64,000 bases of DNA, from contig CBDCKN010000003.1 in the NCBI GenBank assembly GCA_965218295.1, forward strand, positions 384,001-448,000. The letters run 5' to 3'. Origin of the DNA: Longimicrobiales bacterium. Its GTDB lineage: Bacteria; Gemmatimonadota; Gemmatimonadetes; Longimicrobiales; Gaopeijiaceae. Made by a program: the position numbers and the translations under genes. A model generated the notes under the pieces. That model had not been told where the DNA came from. It made no database searches and saw nothing but the letters and a program-made list of their open reading frames with translations. This document shows positions 50,776 to 60,074 of the stretch, in pieces (position 1 is the first letter of the stretch; each line of letters begins with the position of its first letter).

Positions 50776-51857
50776 CAGGCCCCCTCGGCTCCTGCGGTCT
50801 CGAGGATCGGCCCCTCAGGGTCCCGGAGATCGTCGGAATCCATGGACTCCTGCGAACCCGCCCGGGCAACGTCGTCCCCCTCGGCACCCAGCTCGCCCGA
50901 CATCGGCGCGGTGGTGAAGTCCTCTACTCGTGGCCGCGTGCGATCCACCAGCTCGCGGGCCGCCACCAGCACCCGACGGCAGTCGTCGGGGGCCGGCCGG
51001 AGCTTGGCGAACTTCACAAGGTCGCAGCGACTCAGAAAGTGTTCGAAGGCGACGAGCGTATCGTCGGCAAGTCGGGTCTCCCCGAGGCCGTCCATCACTT
51101 CCCCCGTGGTCATTTCCAGGGCGAAGACGTCGAAGCGGCCCTCCACGTAGGTTCGGATGATCTCCGACACGAGGATGTGGTACTCCTTGATCTCCCCCCG
51201 CTCCAGCAGATTCGAGGCCTCCAGCCGATCGAAGGCCTCGTACGCCTCCTCGTGAGGGAGCCGGGGTATTATGACTGACCGCCGCGGTGTGGCCTCCTCC
51301 CCTCGGCTCAGCCTCTGCCAGAGCCAGAACGCCGCGAAGCCCAGTGCCATCAGCAGAAGAAGCCAGGGCAGGACATAGATGAGGCTGATAGGAATCCCCA
51401 GTGGTCCTCGGATGGCACGGATATCACCTCCCTCGTCCAGGCCGACGCTCTGCACGGTCACCCCATACGGATCGGTCGAAAGGAGGATGGAGGATCCGTC
51501 TGAACCCTCTGCGCTGAAGTCGAAGCCGGGGACCTCCAGATCGCCGAGCTCAAAGACCGTCAGCGTAAACCGAGCGCCCGTGACAACGCGACCTTCCACG
51601 CTGGTGGGGGCCAGGAGCTCGGCACCGAGGATCTCGAAGGGATCCAGGGACAGGGAGTCGGGCCAGACCACTGTCTCTCCGGGAGCGTGCTCCACCGTCA
51701 CCGTGAGCTGGAGCCGATCACCCACGCTGACGAGCGTCGTGTCCAAAGATGTGCGTACACGCGGCGCCTGGGCTGTCGTCGCGCTCGGCGCCACGGCGGC
51801 GAGTGCCAGCGCTGCGAGCACTCCCGCCAAGGGGAGCACCGACCCGCGCGCCCTCAT
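50775..51857 (-). CDS. Bat operon membrane-anchored protein
   Basis: Signal peptide, TM, ALEMTTGE, DLVKFAK; between DUF58 and batA. Confidence 0.85.
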   Translation of the reverse strand: MRARGSVLPLAGVLAALALAAVAPSATTAQAPRVRTSLDTTLVSVGDRLQLTVTVEHAPGETVVWPDSLSLDPFEILGAELLAPTSVEGRVVTGARFTLTVFELGDLEVPGFDFSAEGSDGSSILLSTDPYGVTVQSVGLDEGGDIRAIRGPLGIPISLIYVLPWLLLLMALGFAAFWLWQRLSRGEEATPRRSVIIPRLPHEEAYEAFDRLEASNLLERGEIKEYHILVSEIIRTYVEGRFDVFALEMTTGEVMDGLGETRLADDTLVAFEHFLSRCDLVKFAKLRPAPDDCRRVLVAARELVDRTRPRVEDFTTAPMSGELGAEGDDVARAGSQESMDSDDLRDPEGPILETAGAEGA

Positions 51858-52732
51858 CGGAACCGCCTCTCCCGCTCCTTGAAAAAGCGCATGAGGGGCT
51901 GGACGTAGGACTCGTCCGTCTGGATGTCGATGACGTCGACCCGGCTGCGCCGGAAGGTGCGCTCGAGGCCCTCCCGGGCCCTTGCGGACCGCTCCTCGAA
52001 GGCGGTGCAGAAACGCGCGTCGGAGGTGTTCACCAGAAACAGCTCGCCCGTCTCGGCATCCTCGAACTCCACGTATCCGAGTGGCGGGAGCGACTCCTCC
52101 CGCCGATCCCCCAGGCGCACGGCAATGAGATCATGCCGTCTCCCCGCCACCGACAGGGGCTTCTCGAACCCCTCGGACATGAAGTCGGATACGAGGAACG
52201 CCACCGCCCGGCGCCGCACGACGTGAGTCAGATATTCGAGTGCTCCGGCGATGTCGGTCCCCCGGCCCTCGGGCCTGTGGTAGAAGAGCTCCCTGAGCAC
52301 GCGCAGCACGTGGGCGCGTCCCTTTCGGGGAGGCACGAACTTCTCGATACGATCGCTGAAGATGATCAGGCCGACCTTGTCGTTGTTCTTGATGGCACTG
52401 AAAGCCAGGAGTGCGCAGATCTCGACGGCGACCTCGCCCTTCATCCGCTCCCGGGTTCCGAAGTCGCCCGAGGCACTCACGTCCACCACCAGCATGACGG
52501 TGAGCTCGCGCTCTTCCTCGAAGACCTTCACGAAGGGATGTCCGGTGCGGGCCGTGACGTTCCAGTCGATGCTTCGGATGTCGTCTCCGTACTGGTACTC
52601 CCGGACCTCGGCGAAATTCATCCCACGGCCCTTGAATACCGAATGGTACTCGCCCGAGAAGACCTCGTTGACGAGGCCCCGGGTGGTGATCTCGACCCGG
52701 CGGACCTTCTTGAGGATCTCTCGTGGGATCAC
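51854..52732 (-). CDS. DUF58 (VWA-like) protein
   Basis: SVFKGRGMNFAEVREYQYGDDIRSIDWNVTAR. Confidence 0.95.
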   Translation of the reverse strand: MIPREILKKVRRVEITTRGLVNEVFSGEYHSVFKGRGMNFAEVREYQYGDDIRSIDWNVTARTGHPFVKVFEEERELTVMLVVDVSASGDFGTRERMKGEVAVEICALLAFSAIKNNDKVGLIIFSDRIEKFVPPRKGRAHVLRVLRELFYHRPEGRGTDIAGALEYLTHVVRRRAVAFLVSDFMSEGFEKPLSVAGRRHDLIAVRLGDRREESLPPLGYVEFEDAETGELFLVNTSDARFCTAFEERSARAREGLERTFRRSRVDVIDIQTDESYVQPLMRFFKERERRFR

Positions 52733-53772
52733 GGCACTTCGATATTGTCCAGGACGCGCGTGACCACGTCCTCGGCCGTGACCTCTTCGGCCTCAGCCTC
52801 GTAGGTGAGGAGCACCCGGTGACGCATCACGTCCAACCCTACCGCCCGTACGTCCTCGGGGGTCACGTAGCCCCGGCGCCGTAGGAAGGCGTGGGCACGG
52901 GCGGCCTTGGCCAGATTGATGGTCGCCCGAGGCGACGCGCCGAAATCGATGAGCTCCACGAGATCGTCCAGGCCATGGCTCGCCGGCTCGCGGGTGGCGA
53001 AGACCAGATCGACGATGTACCGCTCGACCTGGCTGTCCATGTAGATCATCTGGACGGCGCTCCTCGCCCGGAGGATCTCTTCGGGCGTGATGACGGGAGA
53101 CACCTCGGGCATAGGCCCTCCGGCCACCCGGCGCAGAATCTCCACCTCTTCGTCCTTGTCCGGGTAGTCGACCGAGAGCTTGAGCATGAAGCGGTCGACC
53201 TGGGCCTCGGGCAGCGGATAGGTCCCCTCCTGCTCGATGGGGTTCTGGGTGGCAAGGACGAGGAACGGGTCGTCCAGCGGGAAGGTGTTCTGTCCGATGG
53301 TGACCTGTTGCTCCTGCATCGCCTCCAGGAGGGCCGACTGCACCTTGGCCGGCGACCGGTTGATCTCGTCGGCCAGGATGATGTTCGCGAAGATGGGTCC
53401 CTTCTTCGTCTGGAATTCCGAGGACCTGGGATCGTAGATAAGCGTCCCGATGAGGTCCGCCGGCAGCAGGTCGGGCGTGAACTGGATGCGTTGGAAGGAC
53501 GTCTCGATCACCTTGGCCAGAGTGCTGACCGTAAGGGTCTTGGCGAGTCCGGGAACACCCTCCATGAGCACATGCCCGTCGGCCAGCAAGCCGATGAGCA
53601 GGCGCTCGATCATGTAGCGCTGGCCTACGATCACCCGGGCCACTTCGTCCTGCAGTCGGCTGACGAACGCACTCTCCTCCTGGATCTTCGCCTGGATCAC
53701 TTCGATGTCCGCGTGCATGGCAGGGGCCTGCGGCGTTTCGGTAACGGTCTCCATTGCGTCTCGATCTTCCAT
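52729..53772 (-). CDS. moxR: MoxR-family AAA+ ATPase
   Basis: EGVPGLAKT, RIQFTPDLLPAD, DEINR, ATQNPIEQEGTYPLPEAQ. Confidence 0.96.
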   Translation of the reverse strand: MEDRDAMETVTETPQAPAMHADIEVIQAKIQEESAFVSRLQDEVARVIVGQRYMIERLLIGLLADGHVLMEGVPGLAKTLTVSTLAKVIETSFQRIQFTPDLLPADLIGTLIYDPRSSEFQTKKGPIFANIILADEINRSPAKVQSALLEAMQEQQVTIGQNTFPLDDPFLVLATQNPIEQEGTYPLPEAQVDRFMLKLSVDYPDKDEEVEILRRVAGGPMPEVSPVITPEEILRARSAVQMIYMDSQVERYIVDLVFATREPASHGLDDLVELIDFGASPRATINLAKAARAHAFLRRRGYVTPEDVRAVGLDVMRHRVLLTYEAEAEEVTAEDVVTRVLDNIEVP

Positions 53773-53961
53773 CGGGTTCTTCCGCTGTTTGAAATCGATG
53801 CTTGAACAGCCGTGAATATACTCAACGAGGCGTTAAGTGGGATTCCCCGGGGGAGGTAGCGAGGCTCCCGGGAGGGCCCACGACGCGTATGAGTTCTACA
53901 GATGTAAGATCAGGGAAGTTGCCTGGAGGGTTTACTCGGATCTCGGAGCTCGATTAGCCGG

Positions 53962-54126
53962 CCGAGACCCGGGCGGGTCGCGCCTTCGATGTGCTCCTGC
54001 GCGAGTGTGGCCGTGATCATGCTGGAGAGCGTGGCATCGATCCGTGCCGAGCACAGCCGGCTACTGCGGGGAGCGGAGTGGTTCTTTACCGCGCTCTTCA
54101 CGGTGGAATACGTGACCCGCCTCCGC
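53962..54126 (+). pseudogene. Fragment of an ion (K+) channel gene
   Basis: ETRAGRAFDVLL / ASVAVIMLESV...EWFFTALFTVEYVTRL, with no start or continuation. Confidence 0.6.
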
Positions 54127-54251
54127 CGTAGGATCGGCTACACCGTGCCGACTTGAGCACTTCTTTCCGGACCGGGTCGTGCCGAAGGGGCCGAAATCGC
54201 CTGATCCACACCGGAATCTAGGCTATTCGGGCCCCCAGACCCCACCGTTCG

Positions 54252-54266
54252 TGGCACAAGCTTTGC
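54252..54266 (+). promoter_or_regulatory. Sigma54 -24/-12 promoter
   Basis: TGGCAC-AAGCT-TTGC, exact consensus, about 100 bp before 54366. Confidence 0.7.
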
Positions 54267-54365
54267 GATGATAGTCCTAAGCTCTCCGAGGGGTGTGCAA
54301 CAAAACGGGCTTCGAACGTCCCCCTCCGAGACAGTAGCAAGACGATTCATGACCAGGAGGCGACA

Positions 54366-54959
54366 GTGCGGAAGATCTATCTACTCGGACTGCTCTATGT
54401 TGGCTTGAGCTTGGCGTACCTCATGAGGACCCGGGAGCCTGTGGCCATCCCCGACTATCCTCCCGTCACCGCCACCATCCAGGTCGATCCCGTCGTCGAT
54501 CCCAATGACGCAGTGGCTTGGTTCCACTCCGTGAAGGCCTACTGCAACCCGGTGGAGGTGGAGACCCGGCTCACCTGGAGCCCCGCACCTCGATCCGCCG
54601 ACGGCACCGCGTACGAGGCCGCGTGCCTCGCGCTGGCCGGACGCGTCGACACGGCACGGGAGCTGATTCTCGAGTTGCCCGAGGAGCTACGGTGGCACGC
54701 GGCCGGAGTGGTCTTCAACGTCGGACATCCCGTCGCCGATGCCGGGGACGACCTGGCCGCCGGCCCCATCATGGAACTGGTGGTGGAGTTCTGGCCCAAC
54801 CACTACATGGCTCTCTATCACGCCGGGGCCGCCCGCTACGAACTGGGCGATCACGGATCCGCCCATGAGTACCTGGTGCGCTTCCTCGAGCACTATGATC
54901 TGGACGACGGCTGGCGTCGGAGCGCCCTGAGCATGATCACGGAGATCGAGTCTCTATGA
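54366..54959 (+). CDS. Membrane-anchored TPR-like hypothetical protein
   Basis: AGGAGG RBS; N-terminal TM; PNHYMALYHAG. Confidence 0.8.
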   Translation: MRKIYLLGLLYVGLSLAYLMRTREPVAIPDYPPVTATIQVDPVVDPNDAVAWFHSVKAYCNPVEVETRLTWSPAPRSADGTAYEAACLALAGRVDTARELILELPEELRWHAAGVVFNVGHPVADAGDDLAAGPIMELVVEFWPNHYMALYHAGAARYELGDHGSAHEYLVRFLEHYDLDDGWRRSALSMITEIESL

Positions 54960-55949
54960 AGAAGTTGACGTTTCCGGCAGGCGAGATCGGATCCTGCGTG
55001 CTCTGCAACGGCCCCCGACCCCCTCGACCTTGCGGTCTGCCTGGATTGCGCGAGTCGCACGGGTGACGGTCTCGTGTTCGTGCGCCAGTCCATCCGGAAG
55101 GCCGAGCGCGCGAAGGTGGTCGAGCGTCTGCACGGAATCCTGCCTCCGGGGGTCGAGTGGGAGGCGTTCGATCTGGCAGCCAAGGGCTATTTGCCGCTGG
55201 CTTCGGTGCCTCTCACCGCCGCCGAGCAGGTTCTCGGGGCCTTCGCTCACGAGAACGTGCCCGCCCACGTGATTCCGAAGCACTGGGGAGTGGCTCCAAT
55301 TCCGCCCGCCCTGGGCCTTCTGCTCGTGTCCATGCTGATAGCCGGCTCCCTGGTAGGTCTCCTTTCGGGTCACCTGTTCTTCCTGGGGAGCCCCCTCTAC
55401 GCAGGCCTTCTCTGGATCCTGGCCCAACTCCATCTCCGGAGACCAGCCGCATGCGAGGGTAGGAGCGATCCTTGGCTCCCCCGCGACGTCGAGGAGCGGT
55501 TAGTGACGGCCCTCGTGAGCCTGCCGGTGGGGACCCCGCGCACTCTCCTCTCGGATGCCGTCCGCCTCGGACGTCTCCTGTGGGAGAGAGCGGCCGTGAC
55601 CGGAGACGTCGATATCGTAAAGGACACATCCCAGCTCCTGGCCCTCGCCGCCGACACCGCGACGGATCTGGGGCGGGTCGAAGAGGCCGGCTGGGTGGTG
55701 GCGAGCCAGAGGGCCGAAGGCGGGGCGGCCCACGTCACCCGCACCGAGGCCCTGGACGCCATCGAAGTGTCTCGTCAGCGACTCCACAACCTCCTCCTCG
55801 ACGCCGTTCGGGCCATGGGCGGCGCCAATCAACGGCTGCCCGAAGCCGGGGGCCAGGGTGCCGAGCTGGCTCGCCTGGCCGAGGCAATCGAAACCAGTCG
55901 AGTGGCCCAGGCCGGAGCCGTCGCCGAGGTGAAGCGGCTGCTGGCGTAG
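54956..55949 (+). pseudogene. Zn-ribbon/TM hypothetical protein with a +1 frameshift in the C5 run at 55012-55016
   Basis: ATGA-coupled start; deleting one C gives CVLCNGPDPLDLAVCLDC in frame with ORF 55074-55949. Confidence 0.7.
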
Positions 55950-55954
55950 CCCCC

Positions 55955-56095
55955 TTACATCGGCATCCTGCACACGGACGTGGAGCAGCTCGGCATCAAC
56001 GCCCTCGCCGTGGCAACACAGAAGGGACTGCTATCGTGCTACGGGATGGGCTTTCTCTACTGCCGAAGGAAGTTCGCCGAGGAGCTGGAGCCCGT
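55955..56095 (+). pseudogene. Fragment of a class V aminotransferase
   Basis: IGILHTDVEQLGINALAVATQKGLLSCYGMGFLYCR (PLP-lysine region) only. Confidence 0.65.
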
Positions 56096-56169
56096 ACGTT
56101 CGCGAGCTGGGTATACGTATGGCCGAGGGATTTCTGGAGGGGGGGCTGCCCGTCTGCGGAGGGTCACCC

Positions 56170-56234
56170 GGGCCCCATCTCGGCAACATCGTAGCCCTGG
56201 GCCCCATCTCGGCAACATCGTAGCCCTGGGCCCC
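56170..56234 (+). repeat. 29-bp perfect tandem repeat, 2.2 copies
   Basis: GGGCCCCATCTCGGCAACATCGTAGCCCT x2 + GGGCCCC. Confidence 0.95.
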
Positions 56235-56271
56235 TAGCCGCCGAGGGCCCCGCGAGTCGGCCGGCCTGCCC

Positions 56272-56868
56272 TCACACCTCCAGCACATGACCGTCCGGGC
56301 CTGCATTGAGGATGGGCGTGGATCCGACGGTGGAACGCCGCCCCCAGCACCCGTGGATGTGACCGCAGACGACCAGCCGGGGCGACACACGCTCGATCGT
56401 CTCCAGGACCGCCTGGCTCCCCAGATGCGCTCCTCCGGCCTGGTCCACGTGTCCGTATGGTGGTGAGTGGCTGACGAGAACGACATCCGCGGGGCAAGGC
56501 GCCAGCAGGCTCTCCGCCTCTTGCTCGCTCAGATCGAAGCTCCAGGATCCGAAAGGCGTGATGGGGATGCCGGCGCCGATTCCGAAGAACTCGACGCGGT
56601 CGATGGTGACGAGGTCCCCGTGGAGCACATGTGCTGTCTCCCATCCCCGGCACGCCGCACGGAGCTCGTCGTCGGACTCGCCGTTTCCGGGGACCAGCAC
56701 GGTGGGTCTGTCGATCTCCCTCAAGATGTCCATCACGTCCTCGATGCCCTCTCGCATTACGGCGAAGTCCCCCGCTCCGACCACCACATCCACGTCTTCG
56801 GCGCGGTCCACGATGGAGCGGGCCGCGGCCTTGTCGCGGTGGAGATCACTGAAGACCAGAAGTCGCAT
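56272..56868 (-). CDS. Metallophosphoesterase
   Basis: FSDLH, GAGDF, VPGN, SHSPP, CGHIH. Confidence 0.93.
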   Translation of the reverse strand: MRLLVFSDLHRDKAAARSIVDRAEDVDVVVGAGDFAVMREGIEDVMDILREIDRPTVLVPGNGESDDELRAACRGWETAHVLHGDLVTIDRVEFFGIGAGIPITPFGSWSFDLSEQEAESLLAPCPADVVLVSHSPPYGHVDQAGGAHLGSQAVLETIERVSPRLVVCGHIHGCWGRRSTVGSTPILNAGPDGHVLEV

Positions 56869-56894
56869 ATCTCTTGCCTGTCCGGATTGCTTAC

Positions 56895-58796
56895 TCACCC
56901 ACGGGGCACGTAGTGACGAAACCAGTGCGCGAACGCCAGTAGAGGCCATGCCAGTTCCGTGCCTCTCCGGCTTTCCAACACGTGGCTCGTGAGCCTCGCC
57001 GGGTCGAACCACGCCTCGATGCCGGCCGGGAGCAAGGCCTCCTTCAAGGCCGCGGCCGGCTGGGCCTGAACCCAACGGTGCTGTGGCACGGTGAAGCCCC
57101 GCTTCCGCCGATCTCCAAAGCTCTCACCCATACGACGAGCCAGGAGTTTTCGCAGCAGATACTTGGGGCGCCCATCCCTCATTCGCAGGTGCGCCGGCAT
57201 CCTCGCCGACAGCTCGACCGCCTCGAGGTCGAGTAGCGGCACACGGGCCTCCAGCGACACAGCCATCGACGTCCGGTCCAGCTTGGTCATGAGCTGCTCT
57301 GGCAGGTAGGTCAGCAGGTCCAGGCGCTGCACACGATCGAGCATGTCCGCGCGGCCGCCGAGCTCGGCCAGTGCCTGGCGCCGCCAGGGCCGAGCCCCCT
57401 CTCGCAGACCGGGCTCGACATCCCGGAGCCGTTCCCGGAAGCCGTCCGCGTAGATGGCTCGTCGATGGACCGGTGGAAGCTCACGGGTCATGGCGTCGTA
57501 ACGGTCCGCCGCGTCCCTTACAGCCTGTTCCAGGCCACCCCGCCGACGGTACGAAGGCGTAATGGCGGCCAGGGGACCGAGAAGGCCCCGACGGAGGGCC
57601 AGGGGCACTCGGTCGATCCAAGCGAGCTGCCGCATGCGGAAGTAGCGAGGATAGCCCGCGTGTGTCTCGTCCCCCCCGTCGCCAGACAGGACCACGGTGA
57701 CGTGCTGCCGTGCAAGGTCGCTGAGGATAGCCGTGGGAACGGCGGCGGGGTCGGCGAAGGGCTCATCGAACGTTCCCGCCAGGCGCTCGAGGTCGGCGAG
57801 CCGGTCTCCCCCGACGACGATGCGGTGGTGTCGGGTGTCGTATTTCCGGGCGACTGCCTCGGCGAAGGGTGCCTCGTCGTGGGGGTCGTCCTCGAAGCTC
57901 ACCGAAAAGGTCTCGACTGGGCCCGAGGCGTGCTCCGCCAGATATCCCACGACCAGGCTCGAGTCCACACCTCCGGAGAGGAAGGCACCCAAGGGGACGT
58001 CGCTCACGGTTTGGCGGGCCACAGCCGCCCGGAGGGTGGCGTCGAGCTGGTCCAAGAGGTCCTCTTCGGACCCGCTCAACGGCTCGGAGCGCCCGAAGGG
58101 AAGGTCGTAATAGGGTTCCTGGTCGGGCATGCCCTGCCACGATCCACCCGACTCCAGGGTCATGGAGCATCCGGCCCCGAGCTTTCCCATCCCCTTCCAG
58201 ATAGCGAGCGGGGCGGGCACGTATCCCTCGTGGAAGTAGAGATCCAGGACGGCCGGGTCGATTTCCCTGGGCACCCGGGCGTCCGCGACAATGGCTTTGG
58301 CCTCACTGGCCACGTAGAAACGCCCGTCCCACCAGCCGTAGTAGAGAGGCTTCACCCCTAGGGGGTCCCGGGCCATGAAGAGGGTCCCGGCGTCCTCATC
58401 CCAGACGGCGAATGCGAAGATGCCGTTCAGGCGCGAGACGCAGCCCGGTCCCCACCGCTCGTAGGCGGCCAGGAGCACCTCGGTATCACTTCGCGTATGG
58501 AACCGTCGTCCCTTCCCTTCCAGCTCGGCCCGGAGTTCACGGAAGTTGTAGATCTCGCCGTTGTAGACGAGGCGGTAGCGCCCGTCGCCCCCCACCATGG
58601 GCTGCTGCCCTCCCTCCAGGTCGATGACCTCGAGGCGCCGGTGCGTGAGGGCGATGGAGCGGTCCGCCGAGGTCCAGAGGCCCAGAGCATCGGGGCCCCG
58701 GTGGGTCAGCGTGTCCATGAGGCCCACGAGCTCGTCGTCGCCGTAAGGCAGCGGCCGACCGGCGCTGGTGGACACGATGACGAGGAACCCGCACAT
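56895..58796 (-). CDS. asnB: Asparagine synthase (glutamine-hydrolysing) family amidotransferase
   Basis: MCG start, HRGPD, YNGEIYNF, LSGGVDSS, SGDGGDE, SLEARVP. Confidence 0.93.
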   Translation of the reverse strand: MCGFLVIVSTSAGRPLPYGDDELVGLMDTLTHRGPDALGLWTSADRSIALTHRRLEVIDLEGGQQPMVGGDGRYRLVYNGEIYNFRELRAELEGKGRRFHTRSDTEVLLAAYERWGPGCVSRLNGIFAFAVWDEDAGTLFMARDPLGVKPLYYGWWDGRFYVASEAKAIVADARVPREIDPAVLDLYFHEGYVPAPLAIWKGMGKLGAGCSMTLESGGSWQGMPDQEPYYDLPFGRSEPLSGSEEDLLDQLDATLRAAVARQTVSDVPLGAFLSGGVDSSLVVGYLAEHASGPVETFSVSFEDDPHDEAPFAEAVARKYDTRHHRIVVGGDRLADLERLAGTFDEPFADPAAVPTAILSDLARQHVTVVLSGDGGDETHAGYPRYFRMRQLAWIDRVPLALRRGLLGPLAAITPSYRRRGGLEQAVRDAADRYDAMTRELPPVHRRAIYADGFRERLRDVEPGLREGARPWRRQALAELGGRADMLDRVQRLDLLTYLPEQLMTKLDRTSMAVSLEARVPLLDLEAVELSARMPAHLRMRDGRPKYLLRKLLARRMGESFGDRRKRGFTVPQHRWVQAQPAAALKEALLPAGIEAWFDPARLTSHVLESRRGTELAWPLLAFAHWFRHYVPRG

Positions 58797-58903
58797 GGAC
58801 TCTGGAGCTTGAGACGTCTGGAGGAGTTGCCTCAAAACTATCGGACCTGGAGACGCGGTCCAATTGGAGGCGACCCGTCACCCCCCGGCTCGCCCCTCTT
58901 CGG

Positions 58904-58946
58904 AGGATCAGCGTCCCTTCAGGATCAGCGTCCCTTGAGGATCAGC
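58904..58946 (+). repeat. 17-bp tandem repeat, 2.5 copies
   Basis: AGGATCAGCGTCCCTTC / AGGATCAGCGTCCCTTG / AGGATCAGC. Confidence 0.9.
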
Positions 58947-59123
58947 TCCGCCTTGCTGCCCAAACGTTTGACAAGGACCCAGCTCAGCTCCACGCTGGAC
59001 CTCGACGTCAAGAACAACCTGGGGCTGAGGTCGATCGACACGGACAACGAGGGGGACTCCAACAGGAATCGGTCGTTCCAGATGACGGCCGACCTCTCCT
59101 TCGCGGTGAGTGGATGATGGGAA

Positions 59124-59152
59124 GCGGGGTGGCGGAACGGCCGCCACCCCGC
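59124..59152. terminator. 12-bp GC hairpin just past the stop of 59160-60074
   Basis: GCGGGGTGGCGG-AACGG-CCGCCACCCCGC; weak U-tract. Confidence 0.6.
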
Positions 59153-59159
59153 GGTGCCC

Positions 59160-60074
59160 CTAACGGATGTTCGCGGCACCCGTGGGCAGTGAGCCGAGGT
59201 TGCTCCCCAGGGAATACGTCGTGTGGTCCACGGTGCTCGCCGGTATCATGCCCACCAGGGGCTTGAGGGTGAACGGCGTGCTGGCGTCGTCCGGATCCGG
59301 CTCGATGGAGATGACTGCAGTGCTCCCCGCGAGATCCGTGGGGAAGGCAAGACCTGCCGGGGCGTTGACGAGGTAGTCCTCACCGGGGAACGGGGGACCA
59401 TCTATCGTCCCGCTGAACGGGGCGCCGTCGTCGACCATGTCCACCGCGGTGAAGGTACCGGACGTCACCGGAGTACCACCCATCACCGCCCATCCCTCGT
59501 ACTTCCACCCCGCTGGTAGCGTGGGAAGCGTCAGGCCCGCTGCCGGCGCTCCAGAAGCCAGACTCAGAAACCAGATCCCGCTGTTCTCGTCGTTGTCCGC
59601 CCCGTTGGTCGGGGTCGCAAGAATGTAGTCGCCGGCCGCGCCGGCGAAGTCGCTCCCGAGGGCCGCGGCATGTCCCACGGAGAGGGTCGCGAACTGGTTC
59701 GACACGCTTCCTGTAGCGATGTGGGTATCCGCCGGGAGGGCATCCGTGTCACCGGCGGGCTCTATAGTTAGGACGATGGCGGTGGCGGTGGACAGGTCCT
59801 TCCCCGTCGCAAAGGTGCTGCCCGCGATGCTCGCGCCCGCAGTGGTCACGAGCCCACCGCCCGCATCGATGTTGAACTTCCCGGTAGAGACCGGCGCTCC
59901 CCCGATGATCGCCCAGCCCTCGTAGTGGAAGCCGTTCATCAACGGCTCGAATCCCGTCAACGTCAGCTGGAGGTTCTCGATCAGCGGCACCATGGGATCG
60001 TCGTCGTCGTCACTGCAGGCGGCGCCCACGAATACGGTAAGCGCCAGGGTGGCCACCAAGGTGGATCTCTTCAT
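59160..60074 (-). CDS. Lipoprotein with duplicated RskA-like (anti-sigma-K C-terminal) domain
   Basis: Lipobox (GAAC); internal repeat YEGWAI/V-GG-PV-G-F...TIEP/SIEP. Confidence 0.8.
   Translation of the reverse strand: MKRSTLVATLALTVFVGAACSDDDDDPMVPLIENLQLTLTGFEPLMNGFHYEGWAIIGGAPVSTGKFNIDAGGGLVTTAGASIAGSTFATGKDLSTATAIVLTIEPAGDTDALPADTHIATGSVSNQFATLSVGHAAALGSDFAGAAGDYILATPTNGADNDENSGIWFLSLASGAPAAGLTLPTLPAGWKYEGWAVMGGTPVTSGTFTAVDMVDDGAPFSGTIDGPPFPGEDYLVNAPAGLAFPTDLAGSTAVISIEPDPDDASTPFTLKPLVGMIPASTVDHTTYSLGSNLGSLPTGAANIR

Noticed and set aside
56170..56234. CRISPR array (29-bp repeat)
   Set aside because: The copies are directly adjacent with no spacers, and there are no cas genes.
56895..58796. 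Lasso-peptide cyclase
   Set aside because: Full-length Ntn glutaminase domain (MCG start); no B protein or precursor peptide nearby.
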